Counted from the first letter of the stretch, positions 1 to 10,236 are shown. The stretch: 64,000 nt of DNA from an uncultured Chthonomonadaceae bacterium (GCA_963835065.1 CAWIEK010000049.1:416001-480000), one strand, 5' to 3'. Notes: generated from the sequence alone by a model not told the origin. A program made the numbers and translations.

Positions 1-950
1 GTCAGACGCCCCGGCAATACGCCCATCCGCGCCGAATCCCGATGCATACAACTGTCAGCGACGAATAAGTAGGTTGATAGTTGATAGTTGATAGTTGATA
101 GCGCAGCCATTGCTTCTGTCTTCTGTCTTCTTTCTTCTGTCTTCTCTCCTTCTGTTCCCTTTTCCCTTTTCCCTTCTTCCTCGACTGTTGCCAGCAATCC
201 CAATTGGCCGCGCGCGTGGCCGGGAAGGGGGAACAGGCGCAGGGAACCGTCCTGAAACAGATCATGCGTGGCTCCTAACGGGCCGAGCGGCGCATCCTTA
301 AAGTCGTCAACGAACAGGGCGCGTTCGGCGAAATCAGGCGGGAACAGGGCAGGAAGCAGGGCGCGGCGTACCGCTTGAAAGCCCCGGCGCGATTGGGCAT
401 CTGTCCAGGCGCTCCGGGAAACGACAAGTCGCGCGTTGGGAAAGTCGCGCAGTCCGGCAGCGTGATCGCCGTGCAGGTGTGAAAGAATCACGTATTTGAT
501 GTCGTCGGGCTTCAAGCCGAAGCGCGGCAACTGCGCCGCAATCGCCAGTTCCGGCTGAATGTGGAGGGGCGTCACCCATCGGTAAAAACGCCAGGGGAAG
601 GAATGGGTTGCGGCCACAATGCGGGGCGCGTAGCCGGTGTCCCATAGTATCCAGCCGTGCCGGGGATGCTGCATCAGGGCAACAAGGCAATGGCAGTGGA
701 TCGGCTTCCAGGGCAGGCCGCGTTTCAGCGCCGCCGCCAAAGTGTGACAATAGCCGGTATCCAGAATATGGCATTGCAGCAATTCAGTGGCGTTTACGCT
801 CTCATCTACAGCAGACGCTTTGCTTTCATCTCTTAAAGACGCTTCGCTCTCGCCTTCCGAAGCCGCTTTCATTATTATCGCAAATCCGTCTGCCGCGCCG
901 ACTTCCTCTGCCGCGTCTGCTTTCCCGGTTCCATCAACACGGCTTGTCAT
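1..950 (-). CDS. MBL-fold metallo-hydrolase (3' end runs off the window; not in the ORF track)
   Basis: Hand translation from ATG 950 (ATGA overlap with upstream stop) stays open to the edge. Motifs: ILDTG, WILWDTGY, SHLHGDH, LPGHARGQLGLL, YLFVAD. Confidence 0.85.
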   Translation of the reverse strand, partial: MTSRVDGTGKADAAEEVGAADGFAIIMKAASEGESEASLRDESKASAVDESVNATELLQCHILDTGYCHTLAAALKRGLPWKPIHCHCLVALMQHPRHGWILWDTGYAPRIVAATHSFPWRFYRWVTPLHIQPELAIAAQLPRFGLKPDDIKYVILSHLHGDHAAGLRDFPNARLVVSRSAWTDAQSRRGFQAVRRALLPALFPPDFAERALFVDDFKDAPLGPLGATHDLFQDGSLRLFPLPGHARGQLGLLATVEEEGKREKGTEGEKTEERRQKTEAMAALSTINYQLSTYLFVADSCMHRDSARMGVLPGRL

Positions 951-1954
951 GCTTCCGCCCATTCCTTCCACCAGGGCAATTGCACAATTGCCGCAAAGGT
1001 CATATCCGCGTAAGTTCTTCCATCCGGCAGAAAATGCGCGTTGTCAAGGTAGCTGTACGCGCCGTAATGCCCGTGCGGCCCGATCTCGTACACAGCCATG
1101 CGGCCTTCTTTCAAGGCGCGGGCGCAGGTTGACATTGACAGCCGGCGCCCCGGAAACAGCCATGCGCCCACTTTGCTCCAGCCGTCCTTTTCCCCGGTTA
1201 ATTGCGCAAAGCGAACGACGGCCTTGAAACCTTGCGGCGAGCCGAACGCGCCTCCCAACGCCACAACGTAAATCGGTTCATAGCCCTGTTCGCGCAGCGC
1301 GGGGGCGCAGGCAAGCGCCACTTGTGCCCCCGCGCTGCCGCAAACAAACAGCACAGGACTGCCCGACGGAACGCCCGCCAACCGCAAACGCTCAACAGCA
1401 ATCCGCGCCACATCCTTGCCATACGACCCTTCGCAAACCGCAGCAAGGGCAAACTGCCAGAAGTTGTGCAAGCCCCAAACCCAAAGCGGCGGGCGCGTCC
1501 ATCCCATCAGCCGCCATATATCCGCCCTGCGAAACCGCCTGTCCGTTTCCCCATTTACGGGCAGGTTCCCCTTCACAACCACACTGCCCGGACATTCCGC
1601 CGCCAGTCGCTCGACAAACGCCTGCTGTTCCGGCAGCCACTCGGAGTCGCCATAATCACTCACGCCCGAAAGCCACACAATCGCTCTGCGCAAAGTTTCC
1701 TTGCCGGCATACGGCAATGTAACTGCCCCGGCAGTTCCTGCGTCTATGGGACAATTGGCCGAAGGCCTAGCTAACCGGGTTTTTATAACCCGGTTTTCGC
1801 CTACGGTCTTGCGCCCATACGCGACATTTGTAGACGGACGCCGCCATAATCGCCACCAATGCAGCGTTTCGCCAAGCGTCAGCAGCAGGCCACCAACCGC
1901 CAATCCGCCGCCCGCCATTGCCGCCCACTTTAACAAGCGTTTCCAGCGTTTCAT
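947..1954 (-). CDS. Membrane-anchored alpha/beta-hydrolase-like protein
   Basis: Start MKRWKRLL at 1954 overlaps the upstream stop. N-terminal TM; CGSAGAQ nucleophile-elbow-like motif; late His in GPHGHYG. Confidence 0.55.
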   Translation of the reverse strand: MKRWKRLLKWAAMAGGGLAVGGLLLTLGETLHWWRLWRRPSTNVAYGRKTVGENRVIKTRLARPSANCPIDAGTAGAVTLPYAGKETLRRAIVWLSGVSDYGDSEWLPEQQAFVERLAAECPGSVVVKGNLPVNGETDRRFRRADIWRLMGWTRPPLWVWGLHNFWQFALAAVCEGSYGKDVARIAVERLRLAGVPSGSPVLFVCGSAGAQVALACAPALREQGYEPIYVVALGGAFGSPQGFKAVVRFAQLTGEKDGWSKVGAWLFPGRRLSMSTCARALKEGRMAVYEIGPHGHYGAYSYLDNAHFLPDGRTYADMTFAAIVQLPWWKEWAEA

Positions 1955-3210
1955 GGCTGCGGCTTTTCCGTCCGGCGGCGCACAAAGCGGAACGTGCCGC
2001 CCGGTTCGATCTGCATCACATGCCCGCGCCAAACAATACGCTGCGGCGACAGCAGCGCGACAAGCAATTGCAGGGGCAATAGCATCTGAATGACGGGAAC
2101 CCACCACGAAAAGCGCCAGGGCGTGGAATGACGCAGATAGGACATATTGAAATGCGCGAAAATCAGGTAACTGTAGCCAAGATAAACGCCTTCCACGCCC
2201 CACATCCAGGCGCGGGGATGCGCCAGAGTCAGGATGAGCCACAGCAAGGGAAACAACGCGGCAGCCAGTCCCACGCCGAACGCGACCAGGCGCTCACGAA
2301 ACGGCAGCGCCTTCATAATGGTTTCACGCGGAAAGATGAACCAGCGCTGTATCAGGCTCATGTAATGACGCATGTCCTTTACGTCTGTAGCGATGCCGTG
2401 CAGAACCGGCGTTTGCGCCAACTTCCACCCGGCCTGCCGAAATCGCTGCGCAACCGCAAAATCATCCATCAGGCTTGTTTCCAGCCCGTCGAAACCGCCC
2501 ACTTTATTCAGCGTGTCGCGCTGAACCACGTAAAACATGCCGTTGATAGTGAAGGGTTCCATCAGGTAGGTGTACGGAATGTAGGTGAGCAGGCTGTGAC
2601 TGTTGACAAAGCAGGCGACAAGGCGCGACCAGATGTTGCCGAAGCAAACGTAACACGGCAGCCCAAACGCAAGGCCAACGCCCGGTTCCCGCAGATACTC
2701 CAGGCACACTTCCAATGCGTCATCGGGCAGCATGGTGTCATCATCCAGTACACAGATAACATCCCCGCTCGCCTGTTTCGCTCCTTCAATCAGCTTCACC
2801 ATTTTCGGACTGTGCCGGTCTTCGGGAGGAGGCAATAGAACGATACGAATGTTCCTGTCAGCATATTCCGTTTCCAATGCCGCGCAAATCCGCCGCCCTT
2901 CCCCGTCCTCCGCATCCAACAGCCACACATACTCCAATTCATGCGCCGACTGTATCTCTAAATTGTGCTTCAGGCAAGTCGGCAATGTCACATCGCCGCT
3001 CAGAATGGGCTGAAGGATGGAGATTTTCGATTGACGATTTTCGATTGCCGATTGCCGATTGTGGATTACACTTTCCTGCTCTGTCTTCTGTCTTCTGTCT
3101 TCTGTCTTCTTCGAGAAAAAGTGAACGACGCAGGCGTGTTTCCAAACGCGCTCTATCAGCGCCAGGGCTGCCAACGCCAGCAGGAATATGTTCAGAAAAG
3201 AGGAGGGCAT
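1951..3210 (-). CDS. GT2/GT21 ceramide-glucosyltransferase-like glycosyltransferase
   Basis: ISILQPI, PKMVKL, LDDD, LMDD and IQRW motifs; N- and C-terminal TM segments. Confidence 0.85.
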   Translation of the reverse strand: MPSSFLNIFLLALAALALIERVWKHACVVHFFSKKTEDRRQKTEQESVIHNRQSAIENRQSKISILQPILSGDVTLPTCLKHNLEIQSAHELEYVWLLDAEDGEGRRICAALETEYADRNIRIVLLPPPEDRHSPKMVKLIEGAKQASGDVICVLDDDTMLPDDALEVCLEYLREPGVGLAFGLPCYVCFGNIWSRLVACFVNSHSLLTYIPYTYLMEPFTINGMFYVVQRDTLNKVGGFDGLETSLMDDFAVAQRFRQAGWKLAQTPVLHGIATDVKDMRHYMSLIQRWFIFPRETIMKALPFRERLVAFGVGLAAALFPLLWLILTLAHPRAWMWGVEGVYLGYSYLIFAHFNMSYLRHSTPWRFSWWVPVIQMLLPLQLLVALLSPQRIVWRGHVMQIEPGGTFRFVRRRTEKPQP

Positions 3211-4448
3211 CAGGGCAGTACCTCATACGTGCCGTCCTTGAACACGCGAATATGCTGCCCGCGCCAACCCACTTTGCTGCCGGCAAGCATCGTTAAAAGC
3301 GCCTGCCAGGGCGTTGCCAGAATCACCCACAGCAGCAGGGGCCAGCGATGCAGCGGAGGACGCCGCGACAGGAAGCGTGACGCGCAAACGCCCGCCATGA
3401 CCGCAGCGACAATCAGCGCGGCGGACAAACACAACAGCGTTTCCAACGAATGAACCCTCAGCATGAGCAGCAGCAAACAGGCCGGGAACAGGTTCGCCAG
3501 GCTGAATAGGGACGATACCAGGCGTTCATACCCGCTTGTCATCGGCCACAACATGCGCCCCGTAAACACGAACCAGCGGTGTATTTGCCGATGAAACGCC
3601 GCTATCGTGGGCAGGTCGTTGTTGACATCATAAATGGCAGGCGTCTGCACAAGCCGCAAGCCCAGTGACCGAACGCGGCGAGCGATTTCATGGTCGTCAT
3701 TCAGCAAGCCTTCCATGTTATCAAGCCCGCCCGAACGCGCGAACACGTCCCGGCGCAATCCGAAGAAATGCCCTGTTAGAGTGTAGGGATCGCATACATA
3801 CGTCAGGGGAATGTAGCTCGGCAGGGCGTTGGCATTAACAAACCAGCTCATCAGGCTCGATCCGATGTTGTCCCAATTTGTATAGCAGGGCAGGCCGAAC
3901 ACGCCCCCCGCGCTCCTTACATGCAGATGCCGTACAAAGGCAGTCAGATTGTCGGGGCGCGGCGCAATATCGTCGTCTATGAAGCACAAAATGTCACCCG
4001 CCGCCTGCGCCGCGCCCGCCTGCATCTTTGCCACCTTGCTCGCCGGATTTGCGGCAATGGAAGCGTGTGGCGGCGTGTCATGGCCTTGCGTTTCCGGCTC
4101 ACCCGCTTGTGCCGGAATGATTTGCGCGTCCAAATTAGGCCACGCTTCCCGCCAGGCGCGGCAAACCGCCTGCGTTTCCTCATCCCAAGCATCGCACACC
4201 AGCAGATGCTGCACCCTGCCCGGATAATTCAGCAGGGCGCGGGCAGTCAAGTTATGCGCCAGCCCGCTTGCGCCCCGTGTTATGGGTTGTATCAGAGACA
4301 CGCGGGGCCATGCTTCCGGCGCTTGCGGCTCCGCGCGCCGGAAAAAGCGCCAGATACAGACTAGTTTCCAGCCCCTGTCCAGCGTGAACAGCGTCAGCAG
4401 TATTTGCGCGGCAACATTGCCTGTTAAATTATTCGTCAAAAAGAACAT
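3210..4448 (-). CDS. GT2/GT21 ceramide-glucosyltransferase-like glycosyltransferase (paralog)
   Basis: VSLIQPI, SKVAKM, IDDD, LNDD and QIHRW motifs; TM segments. Confidence 0.85.
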   Translation of the reverse strand: MFFLTNNLTGNVAAQILLTLFTLDRGWKLVCIWRFFRRAEPQAPEAWPRVSLIQPITRGASGLAHNLTARALLNYPGRVQHLLVCDAWDEETQAVCRAWREAWPNLDAQIIPAQAGEPETQGHDTPPHASIAANPASKVAKMQAGAAQAAGDILCFIDDDIAPRPDNLTAFVRHLHVRSAGGVFGLPCYTNWDNIGSSLMSWFVNANALPSYIPLTYVCDPYTLTGHFFGLRRDVFARSGGLDNMEGLLNDDHEIARRVRSLGLRLVQTPAIYDVNNDLPTIAAFHRQIHRWFVFTGRMLWPMTSGYERLVSSLFSLANLFPACLLLLMLRVHSLETLLCLSAALIVAAVMAGVCASRFLSRRPPLHRWPLLLWVILATPWQALLTMLAGSKVGWRGQHIRVFKDGTYEVLP

Positions 4449-4645
4449 GGCGTGAACTGATTATAACAATGCTTGAACAGATTATAACAATTTACTCCCT
4501 GCGTGTCAACTGTCGTTCTTCCTAATTACCTACAAAGATTACGGGACATTCTGCCATAATTCTTAACAGCGCTTCTTATCATTCGACGCGAATGTTTCCT
4601 GAGCGCCTGCCATCATTCTTAGGACACCTAATCTGGAGAAAATGT

Positions 4646-6058
4646 ATGTTTGACGGAGAAGCAGAGGATGGGACGGCTTCGCAGATCGTTTACTCGCTGG
4701 CAGGAATCCTGTCCGCGTTGAGCCATGCGCTGGATTTGACGAGCGGCCATTCCATCGGCCATGCGCAGCGTACATGCCTGATCGGAATGCGGATTGCCCG
4801 CGTCAGTGGTTTGGACAGCGATTTGCAACATTCTTTGTACCATGCGCTGTTGATGAAGGATGCGGGCTGTTCCAGTAATGCCGCGCGCATGTACGAGATT
4901 TTCGGCACGGACGATATTGCGCTCAAGCAGCAGGCGCGTATTACCGACTGGTCGAACCTGATGGAAGCGACAAAGTATGCCGCAGCCAACGTCCTGCCGC
5001 ATGGCCCACTGCTCGAACGCGCCCGCCGTATCCTCAAAATCGCTGTCAATCCCACCGGAACAACGACGGCGTTTTCTCATTCCCGGTGTGACCGAGGCGC
5101 ACAGATCGCGCTGGCGATTGGGTTAGGCGAAGACGCCGCGCTTTGTATCCGGCAGTTGGAAGAGCATTGGGACGGGCACGGCGCTCCCCTGCATTTGAAG
5201 GGTGACGCCATTTCCCTGCTCGCCCGAATTGCGACACTTTCGCAAACGCTGGAAGTGTTTGCCACCACCTTCGATGTACAAACAGCGTATGACGTGCTGC
5301 ACAAGCGAGCAGGGAAATGGTTCGATCCCGAACTGGTACGCGCCGCCGATTCCTTTGCTAAGGACGCTTTTTTCTGGCATGCCGTGCAGACCGATCCGCG
5401 CCACGCCCTGCTCACGATGGAATCGCGGGCGGCTGTCGAAGTCGCTACGGAGCAGCGCATTGACGCTATTTGTGACGCCTTCGCTCAGATCATTGACGCC
5501 AAATCGCCGTTCACGGCGGAACACTCTTCCCGTGTCCGTGATTTCAGCGTGGAAATGGCGCAGGCGATGGGGTTTGCGCCCGCCCGCCTGACTGTTTTAC
5601 GCCGCGCCGCCCTGCTGCACGATGTGGGCAAACTGGGCGTGTCCAACGCCATCCTCGACAAGCCCGGCAAGCCGGATAACGACGAATGGGCCGCAATCCG
5701 CAAGCATCCGCAGTTCACGCAGCAAATTCTCAGCCACATTCACGGTTTTTCGCGCCTGACCGAGATTGCCGCCGCGCACCACGAGCGTTTGGACGGCAAA
5801 GGCTATTTTCGCGGATTGGGCGCGGAACATCTTGATTTGGACATGCGTATCCTCGCGGTTGCCGACGTATTCGACGCGCTTTCCGCCCAGCGGCCTTACC
5901 GCGACGCCCTGCCCCTGCCGCAAGTTTTCGCCATTCTGGACAAGGACGCGGGCACGGCATTGGATGCGGAATGTATCGGCACTCTGAAGGAAATCTACCG
6001 AGACGGCGATCTGCGCGCTCCCGCGCGCGTTGCGCCGCCACTTGTATTCGCGGCCTAA
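4646..6058 (+). CDS. HD-GYP domain phosphodiesterase (tandem HD domains)
   Basis: HS.RV, LLHDVGK, HHERLDGKGY and ADVFDAL...RPYR motifs; degenerate N-terminal HD domain (EHWDGHG). Confidence 0.9.
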   Translation: MFDGEAEDGTASQIVYSLAGILSALSHALDLTSGHSIGHAQRTCLIGMRIARVSGLDSDLQHSLYHALLMKDAGCSSNAARMYEIFGTDDIALKQQARITDWSNLMEATKYAAANVLPHGPLLERARRILKIAVNPTGTTTAFSHSRCDRGAQIALAIGLGEDAALCIRQLEEHWDGHGAPLHLKGDAISLLARIATLSQTLEVFATTFDVQTAYDVLHKRAGKWFDPELVRAADSFAKDAFFWHAVQTDPRHALLTMESRAAVEVATEQRIDAICDAFAQIIDAKSPFTAEHSSRVRDFSVEMAQAMGFAPARLTVLRRAALLHDVGKLGVSNAILDKPGKPDNDEWAAIRKHPQFTQQILSHIHGFSRLTEIAAAHHERLDGKGYFRGLGAEHLDLDMRILAVADVFDALSAQRPYRDALPLPQVFAILDKDAGTALDAECIGTLKEIYRDGDLRAPARVAPPLVFAA

Positions 6059-6195
6059 ACTCACTTCATACCAGTACCGAAAACTCGCGCTATGTCATAG
6101 CGCGAGTTTTTCGCTTTATGTGCCGCAATTGGAAGGATATACGCCCCTGTTTATGGAACAGGAACGGCAGCACGGAACAGGAGCAAAGAACTATT

Positions 6196-8529
6196 ATGCG
6201 CGTCTGGTTAGGATGGGGAGCGGTTTTGCTGATGACACTGCTGACGGCGACGGGACGAACACAAGCGCGACAGGAATATACGCGGGATTATGCCGGGGGG
6301 CAATTGCGCGTTCGGCTGGTCACGCCGGAAACCGTTCGCGTATTGTTCGCGCCGAAGGGCGCGAACGAGAATTTTCCGCGCGTTCCGCTTGTTCTGCCGC
6401 AGCCGAAGATGAAGGACGGCTTTACGGCGAAGGAACATGACGATTATACGGAATTGCTGTCCGCCAAACTTAAGGTGTATGTACATTATGACAAGCCCCG
6501 CGTGGATTTTTATACGCGCAACGGCGTTCCTATCAGCATAGATGGGGAGGGTATCGGCAATGTAGGCGGGCAGCAGCAGGATCAGCGCGTCATAAATGTG
6601 GATGAGGAATTTTTCGGGTTCGGGTTGCAGTTCCACAGCATGGCGCAGCGGGGCAAAACCAAAACCCTCAAAGTCAATGCCGATCCGAGTACCGATCTGG
6701 GCAATTCCCATGCCGTTGTGCCGTTTTTCCTCAGCACGGCTGGCTACGGCATCTATCTCGACAGCCACGCTTACACCTATTTCGATATGGGCAAGGCCAA
6801 CCCGGACCGGCTTTCCTTCCAAACTCCCGACCCCGTTCTGGATTATTATTTCTGCTACGGTCCTTCCTTCCATGACCTGCTTTCCCGCTATACGCAGTTG
6901 ACCGGGCGCATGCCCATGCCGCCCAAATGGGGATTGGGCTTCTGGTATCGCATGAAATCGGATTGGAAGCAGGACAAGGCCGAAGAAGTGGCCCGCGCCT
7001 TTCGTTCGCATGACATACCCTGCGACGTGATCGGCCTGGAACCCGCCTGGCAGACACACGCGTATTCCTGCTCCTACCTGTGGAACAAAAACCAGTTTCC
7101 CGACCCCGCCGCCTTTGTGCATACCATGCGCGACCAGCATTTCCACGTCAATCTATGGGAACATGCGTATGTCCATCCCACTTCACCCATCCACGACCCG
7201 CTGCAGCAGGCGAAAGCCGTCGGAGATAAACTCGTTTGGGGCGGCCTGGTTCCCGATTTTACGCGACCCGAAGCCCGAACGCTGTTTGCCGATTTGCACC
7301 AGAAAGAACACATTGACCTGGGCGTGGACGGCTACAAATTGGATGAGTGCGACGGTTCCGATTTCACGGGCGGCTGGTTTTTTCCCGATGATACGCAGTT
7401 TCCGTCCGGCATGACGGGCGCGCAAATGCACAATGTCTTCGGCCTGCTGTACCAGAAAACGTTCCATGAGATTTTCGACAAACAAAACAAGCGCAGTTAC
7501 TTTCTTGTCCGGGGAATGTTCGCGGGCGGGCAAGGGTATCCAAGCGTGATTTACAGCGATTGGTACGGTTTCAAGGAGTACGTGCGGGCGTGTGCCAATT
7601 CCGGTTTCAGCGGCGTTTTGTGGTGCCCCGAAATCCGGCAGACGGCCAGCAGCGAAGAGTTCATCCGGCGTTTCCAGACCGTGTTTTTCAGCCCGCTTGC
7701 CATGATCAACGCCTGGGCGGACGGGGTGACGCCCTGGGAAAAAGGGCCGGAAGTGGAGCGCATTTTCCGCCAGTACGCGGATTTACGGATGCGACTAACG
7801 CCCTACCTGTACAGCGCGTTTCGGCGCATGAACGAGACGGGCCTGCCGGTCGTGCGCGCCCTGGTCATGGACGCGCCGCAGGATCGGAACACGTACAGCA
7901 TTGACGACGAGTTTTTGTACGGCGATGCGTTTCTGGTCGCGCCCGTGTTGAGCGGCAGCGAACGCGGCATCTATCTGCCCATCGGCACGTGGATAGATTG
8001 GGCAACGGGCGAAACCTTCGTCGGCGGGCAGACGATGATGTACAAAGCGCCGCTGGAGCGCCTGCCCCTGTTCGTTCGCGCCGGGAGCATGATTCCCATG
8101 CAGCCGCGTATGCGCTATGCGAATGAAGTTCCCGTAGAAACCCTGACACTGCGCGTATTTCCCGGCAATGTGTTTGAAACCCACCATACGACGCTGTACG
8201 AAGACGACGGCGAAACCCTGGACTACCAGAAAGGTAAGGGCGTCAGTATCGGCCTGTCGTCCATCGCCACGCCAACAGACATTACGCTGCGCGCTGATGC
8301 GCCCAAAGGTGAGTACAAGCCGACATGGAAAACCTTCGCCTGGGAAGTGATGGGCATTACGGCGGAACCCAAGCGCGTCCTGATCGGCAACATTCCCTTA
8401 GAGCGGCTTGCCAGCCCCACACCGGAGGCCATCCATGACGCAAGCGGATATTCTTACGACGCGAACGCGCATATCCTGCGCATCTACGCGCCCTACGGCA
8501 AAGCGCAAATCATTCGCGTATTCAAGTAA
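6196..8529 (+). CDS. Secreted glycoside hydrolase family 31
   Basis: Signal peptide; YTQLTGRMPMPPKWGLG, FPDP, GYKLD nucleophile, FLYGDAFLVAPV, LYEDDGET. Confidence 0.92.
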   Translation: MRVWLGWGAVLLMTLLTATGRTQARQEYTRDYAGGQLRVRLVTPETVRVLFAPKGANENFPRVPLVLPQPKMKDGFTAKEHDDYTELLSAKLKVYVHYDKPRVDFYTRNGVPISIDGEGIGNVGGQQQDQRVINVDEEFFGFGLQFHSMAQRGKTKTLKVNADPSTDLGNSHAVVPFFLSTAGYGIYLDSHAYTYFDMGKANPDRLSFQTPDPVLDYYFCYGPSFHDLLSRYTQLTGRMPMPPKWGLGFWYRMKSDWKQDKAEEVARAFRSHDIPCDVIGLEPAWQTHAYSCSYLWNKNQFPDPAAFVHTMRDQHFHVNLWEHAYVHPTSPIHDPLQQAKAVGDKLVWGGLVPDFTRPEARTLFADLHQKEHIDLGVDGYKLDECDGSDFTGGWFFPDDTQFPSGMTGAQMHNVFGLLYQKTFHEIFDKQNKRSYFLVRGMFAGGQGYPSVIYSDWYGFKEYVRACANSGFSGVLWCPEIRQTASSEEFIRRFQTVFFSPLAMINAWADGVTPWEKGPEVERIFRQYADLRMRLTPYLYSAFRRMNETGLPVVRALVMDAPQDRNTYSIDDEFLYGDAFLVAPVLSGSERGIYLPIGTWIDWATGETFVGGQTMMYKAPLERLPLFVRAGSMIPMQPRMRYANEVPVETLTLRVFPGNVFETHHTTLYEDDGETLDYQKGKGVSIGLSSIATPTDITLRADAPKGEYKPTWKTFAWEVMGITAEPKRVLIGNIPLERLASPTPEAIHDASGYSYDANAHILRIYAPYGKAQIIRVFK

Positions 8530-8550
8530 GAAGGTATTCAGCAACTAAAA

Positions 8551-9726
8551 ATGATAGACATCGAACGCGCCCGCCGGGAAACGCCTGGCTGCGAACAAAT
8601 AATCCACTTCAACAACGCGGGAATGTCGCTGACGCCTGCGCCCGTTACCAACGCGGTTCTTCAGCATTTAGCGCGGGAAGGGGTTCGGGGCGGCTATGAG
8701 GCGGAGTTGGAAGCGGAAGCGGCGATAGCGCGTACCTATGATGCCCTTGCCGGCTTGCTGAACTGCGGGATGGACGAAATCGCGGTTGTGGAAAATGCTA
8801 CCCGCGCCTGGGATATGCTGTTTTACTCCATTCCCTTAAAAGCCGGAGACAGAATCCTCACGGCGCAGTGCGAATACGGCAGCAACTTCATCGCCATGCT
8901 GCAGCGCGCCAAACAAACAGGCGCGATTGTGGAAGCGGTTCCCAACGACGAGTACGGCCAGTTCTCTGTCCCGCATTTGCAGCAAATGTTAGACAAGCGC
9001 GTAAAACTGATCGCCATGACGCATGTGCCGACAAACGGCGGGCTGGTCAATCCGGCGGCGGAAGTGGGGAAAGTGGCGAAGCAGGCGGGTGCGTTGTATC
9101 TGCTGGACGCCTGCCAATCTGTCGGGCAGATGCCCCTTGATGTGCAGGCGATTGGCTGCGATATGCTTACGGCAACCGGGCGCAAATTCCTGCGCGGGCC
9201 GCGCGGCACGGGCTTCTTATATGTGAGCCGAACAATTTTGGAAACGCTTGAGCCTCCGTTTCTGGACATGCAGGCGGCGGAATGGACTGCGCCGGACAGT
9301 TACCGCATACGCCCGGACGCCCGCAGATTTGAAACCTGGGAAACCAACATTGCCGCTAAAATCGGCTTAGGCGTCGCGGTAGATTACGCGCAAAGTTGGG
9401 GATTAGAAGCCATTGAACAGCGCGTCACGGGACTTGCCACAACCCTGCGCGAACAGTTGCGGCAGATACCCGGCGTGACCGTCCGCGATCAGGGACGGCG
9501 GCAATGCGGCATCGTCACGTTTACGGTTGACGGCGTGGCTTCCCTGCAAGTCAAGGAGCGTTTGACCGCGAACAATATCAACGTTTGGACTTCCCCGCGC
9601 CGCAGCACCCTGCTGGATATGGAAGCGCGCGGATTGGCCGATGTTGTCCGCGCCTCCGTCCATTACTACAACACCGAAGCGGAAATCGCGCAAGTGTGCC
9701 ACATTCTTTCACAATTTTGCGTGTAA
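8551..9726 (+). CDS. Class V PLP aminotransferase / cysteine desulfurase-like protein
   Basis: HFNNAG, LDACQSVG, TGRKFLRGPRGTG (PLP lysine), VRASVHYYN. Confidence 0.9.
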   Translation: MIDIERARRETPGCEQIIHFNNAGMSLTPAPVTNAVLQHLAREGVRGGYEAELEAEAAIARTYDALAGLLNCGMDEIAVVENATRAWDMLFYSIPLKAGDRILTAQCEYGSNFIAMLQRAKQTGAIVEAVPNDEYGQFSVPHLQQMLDKRVKLIAMTHVPTNGGLVNPAAEVGKVAKQAGALYLLDACQSVGQMPLDVQAIGCDMLTATGRKFLRGPRGTGFLYVSRTILETLEPPFLDMQAAEWTAPDSYRIRPDARRFETWETNIAAKIGLGVAVDYAQSWGLEAIEQRVTGLATTLREQLRQIPGVTVRDQGRRQCGIVTFTVDGVASLQVKERLTANNINVWTSPRRSTLLDMEARGLADVVRASVHYYNTEAEIAQVCHILSQFCV

Positions 9727-9740
9727 ACCTGCTTTTCCCC

Positions 9741-9804
9741 TTGACAATCCTTACAATCCGGTTTATAATACATCCACTGCGGATATATCCGTAGTGGATG
9801 TATT
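9741..9804 (+). promoter_or_regulatory. Consensus sigma70 promoter with overlapping 38-bp palindromic operator
   Basis: TTGACA(9741)-N17-TATAAT(9764). Palindrome AATACATCCACTGCGGATA|TATCCGTAGTGGATGTATT at 9767-9804 (1 mismatch), directly upstream of the PadR gene. Confidence 0.85.
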
Positions 9805-9833
9805 GGCAAGTCCCACTTTCACAAGAGGAGAAC

Positions 9834-10235
9834 ATGACGGAATTACCCACACCGGAACAACTTCTGCCGCTCACGCCCGCCGTGCTGCATATCCTGCTGG
9901 CATTGGCGGATGGGGAACGGCACGGGTACGGCATCATGCAGGCGGTTGCCGCGCAAACAGACGGCAGCCTGCGCATGGGGCCGGGAACCCTGTACGGGTC
10001 GCTGAAACGGATGCTGGCAAGCGGTCTGGTGGAAGAGTCCGCCGAGCGTCCCGACAGCGAACAGGCGGATGTCCGCCGTCGCTATTATCGCCTGACTGAG
10101 TTCGGCAGCCGCGTTCTTAAAGCGGAAATGCGGCGCTTGTCCTCTCTTGTCCGCCTGCCCGCCGCGCAGCGGCTGCTTGACAGCGCCCATCTGCTTAACA
10201 ATGCCCGCCTGGAAATGCCGGAAGGGAGCCAATAA
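9834..10235 (+). CDS. PadR-family transcriptional regulator
   Basis: HILLAL, HGYGI, GPGTLYGSLKRM and RRRYYRLT motifs; GAGGAG SD. Confidence 0.93.
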   Translation: MTELPTPEQLLPLTPAVLHILLALADGERHGYGIMQAVAAQTDGSLRMGPGTLYGSLKRMLASGLVEESAERPDSEQADVRRRYYRLTEFGSRVLKAEMRRLSSLVRLPAAQRLLDSAHLLNNARLEMPEGSQ

Positions 10236-10236
10236 A

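Noticed and set aside
334..774. 146-aa minus-strand ORF from the track
   Set aside because: Wrong frame; the MBL motifs lie in the frame starting at 950.
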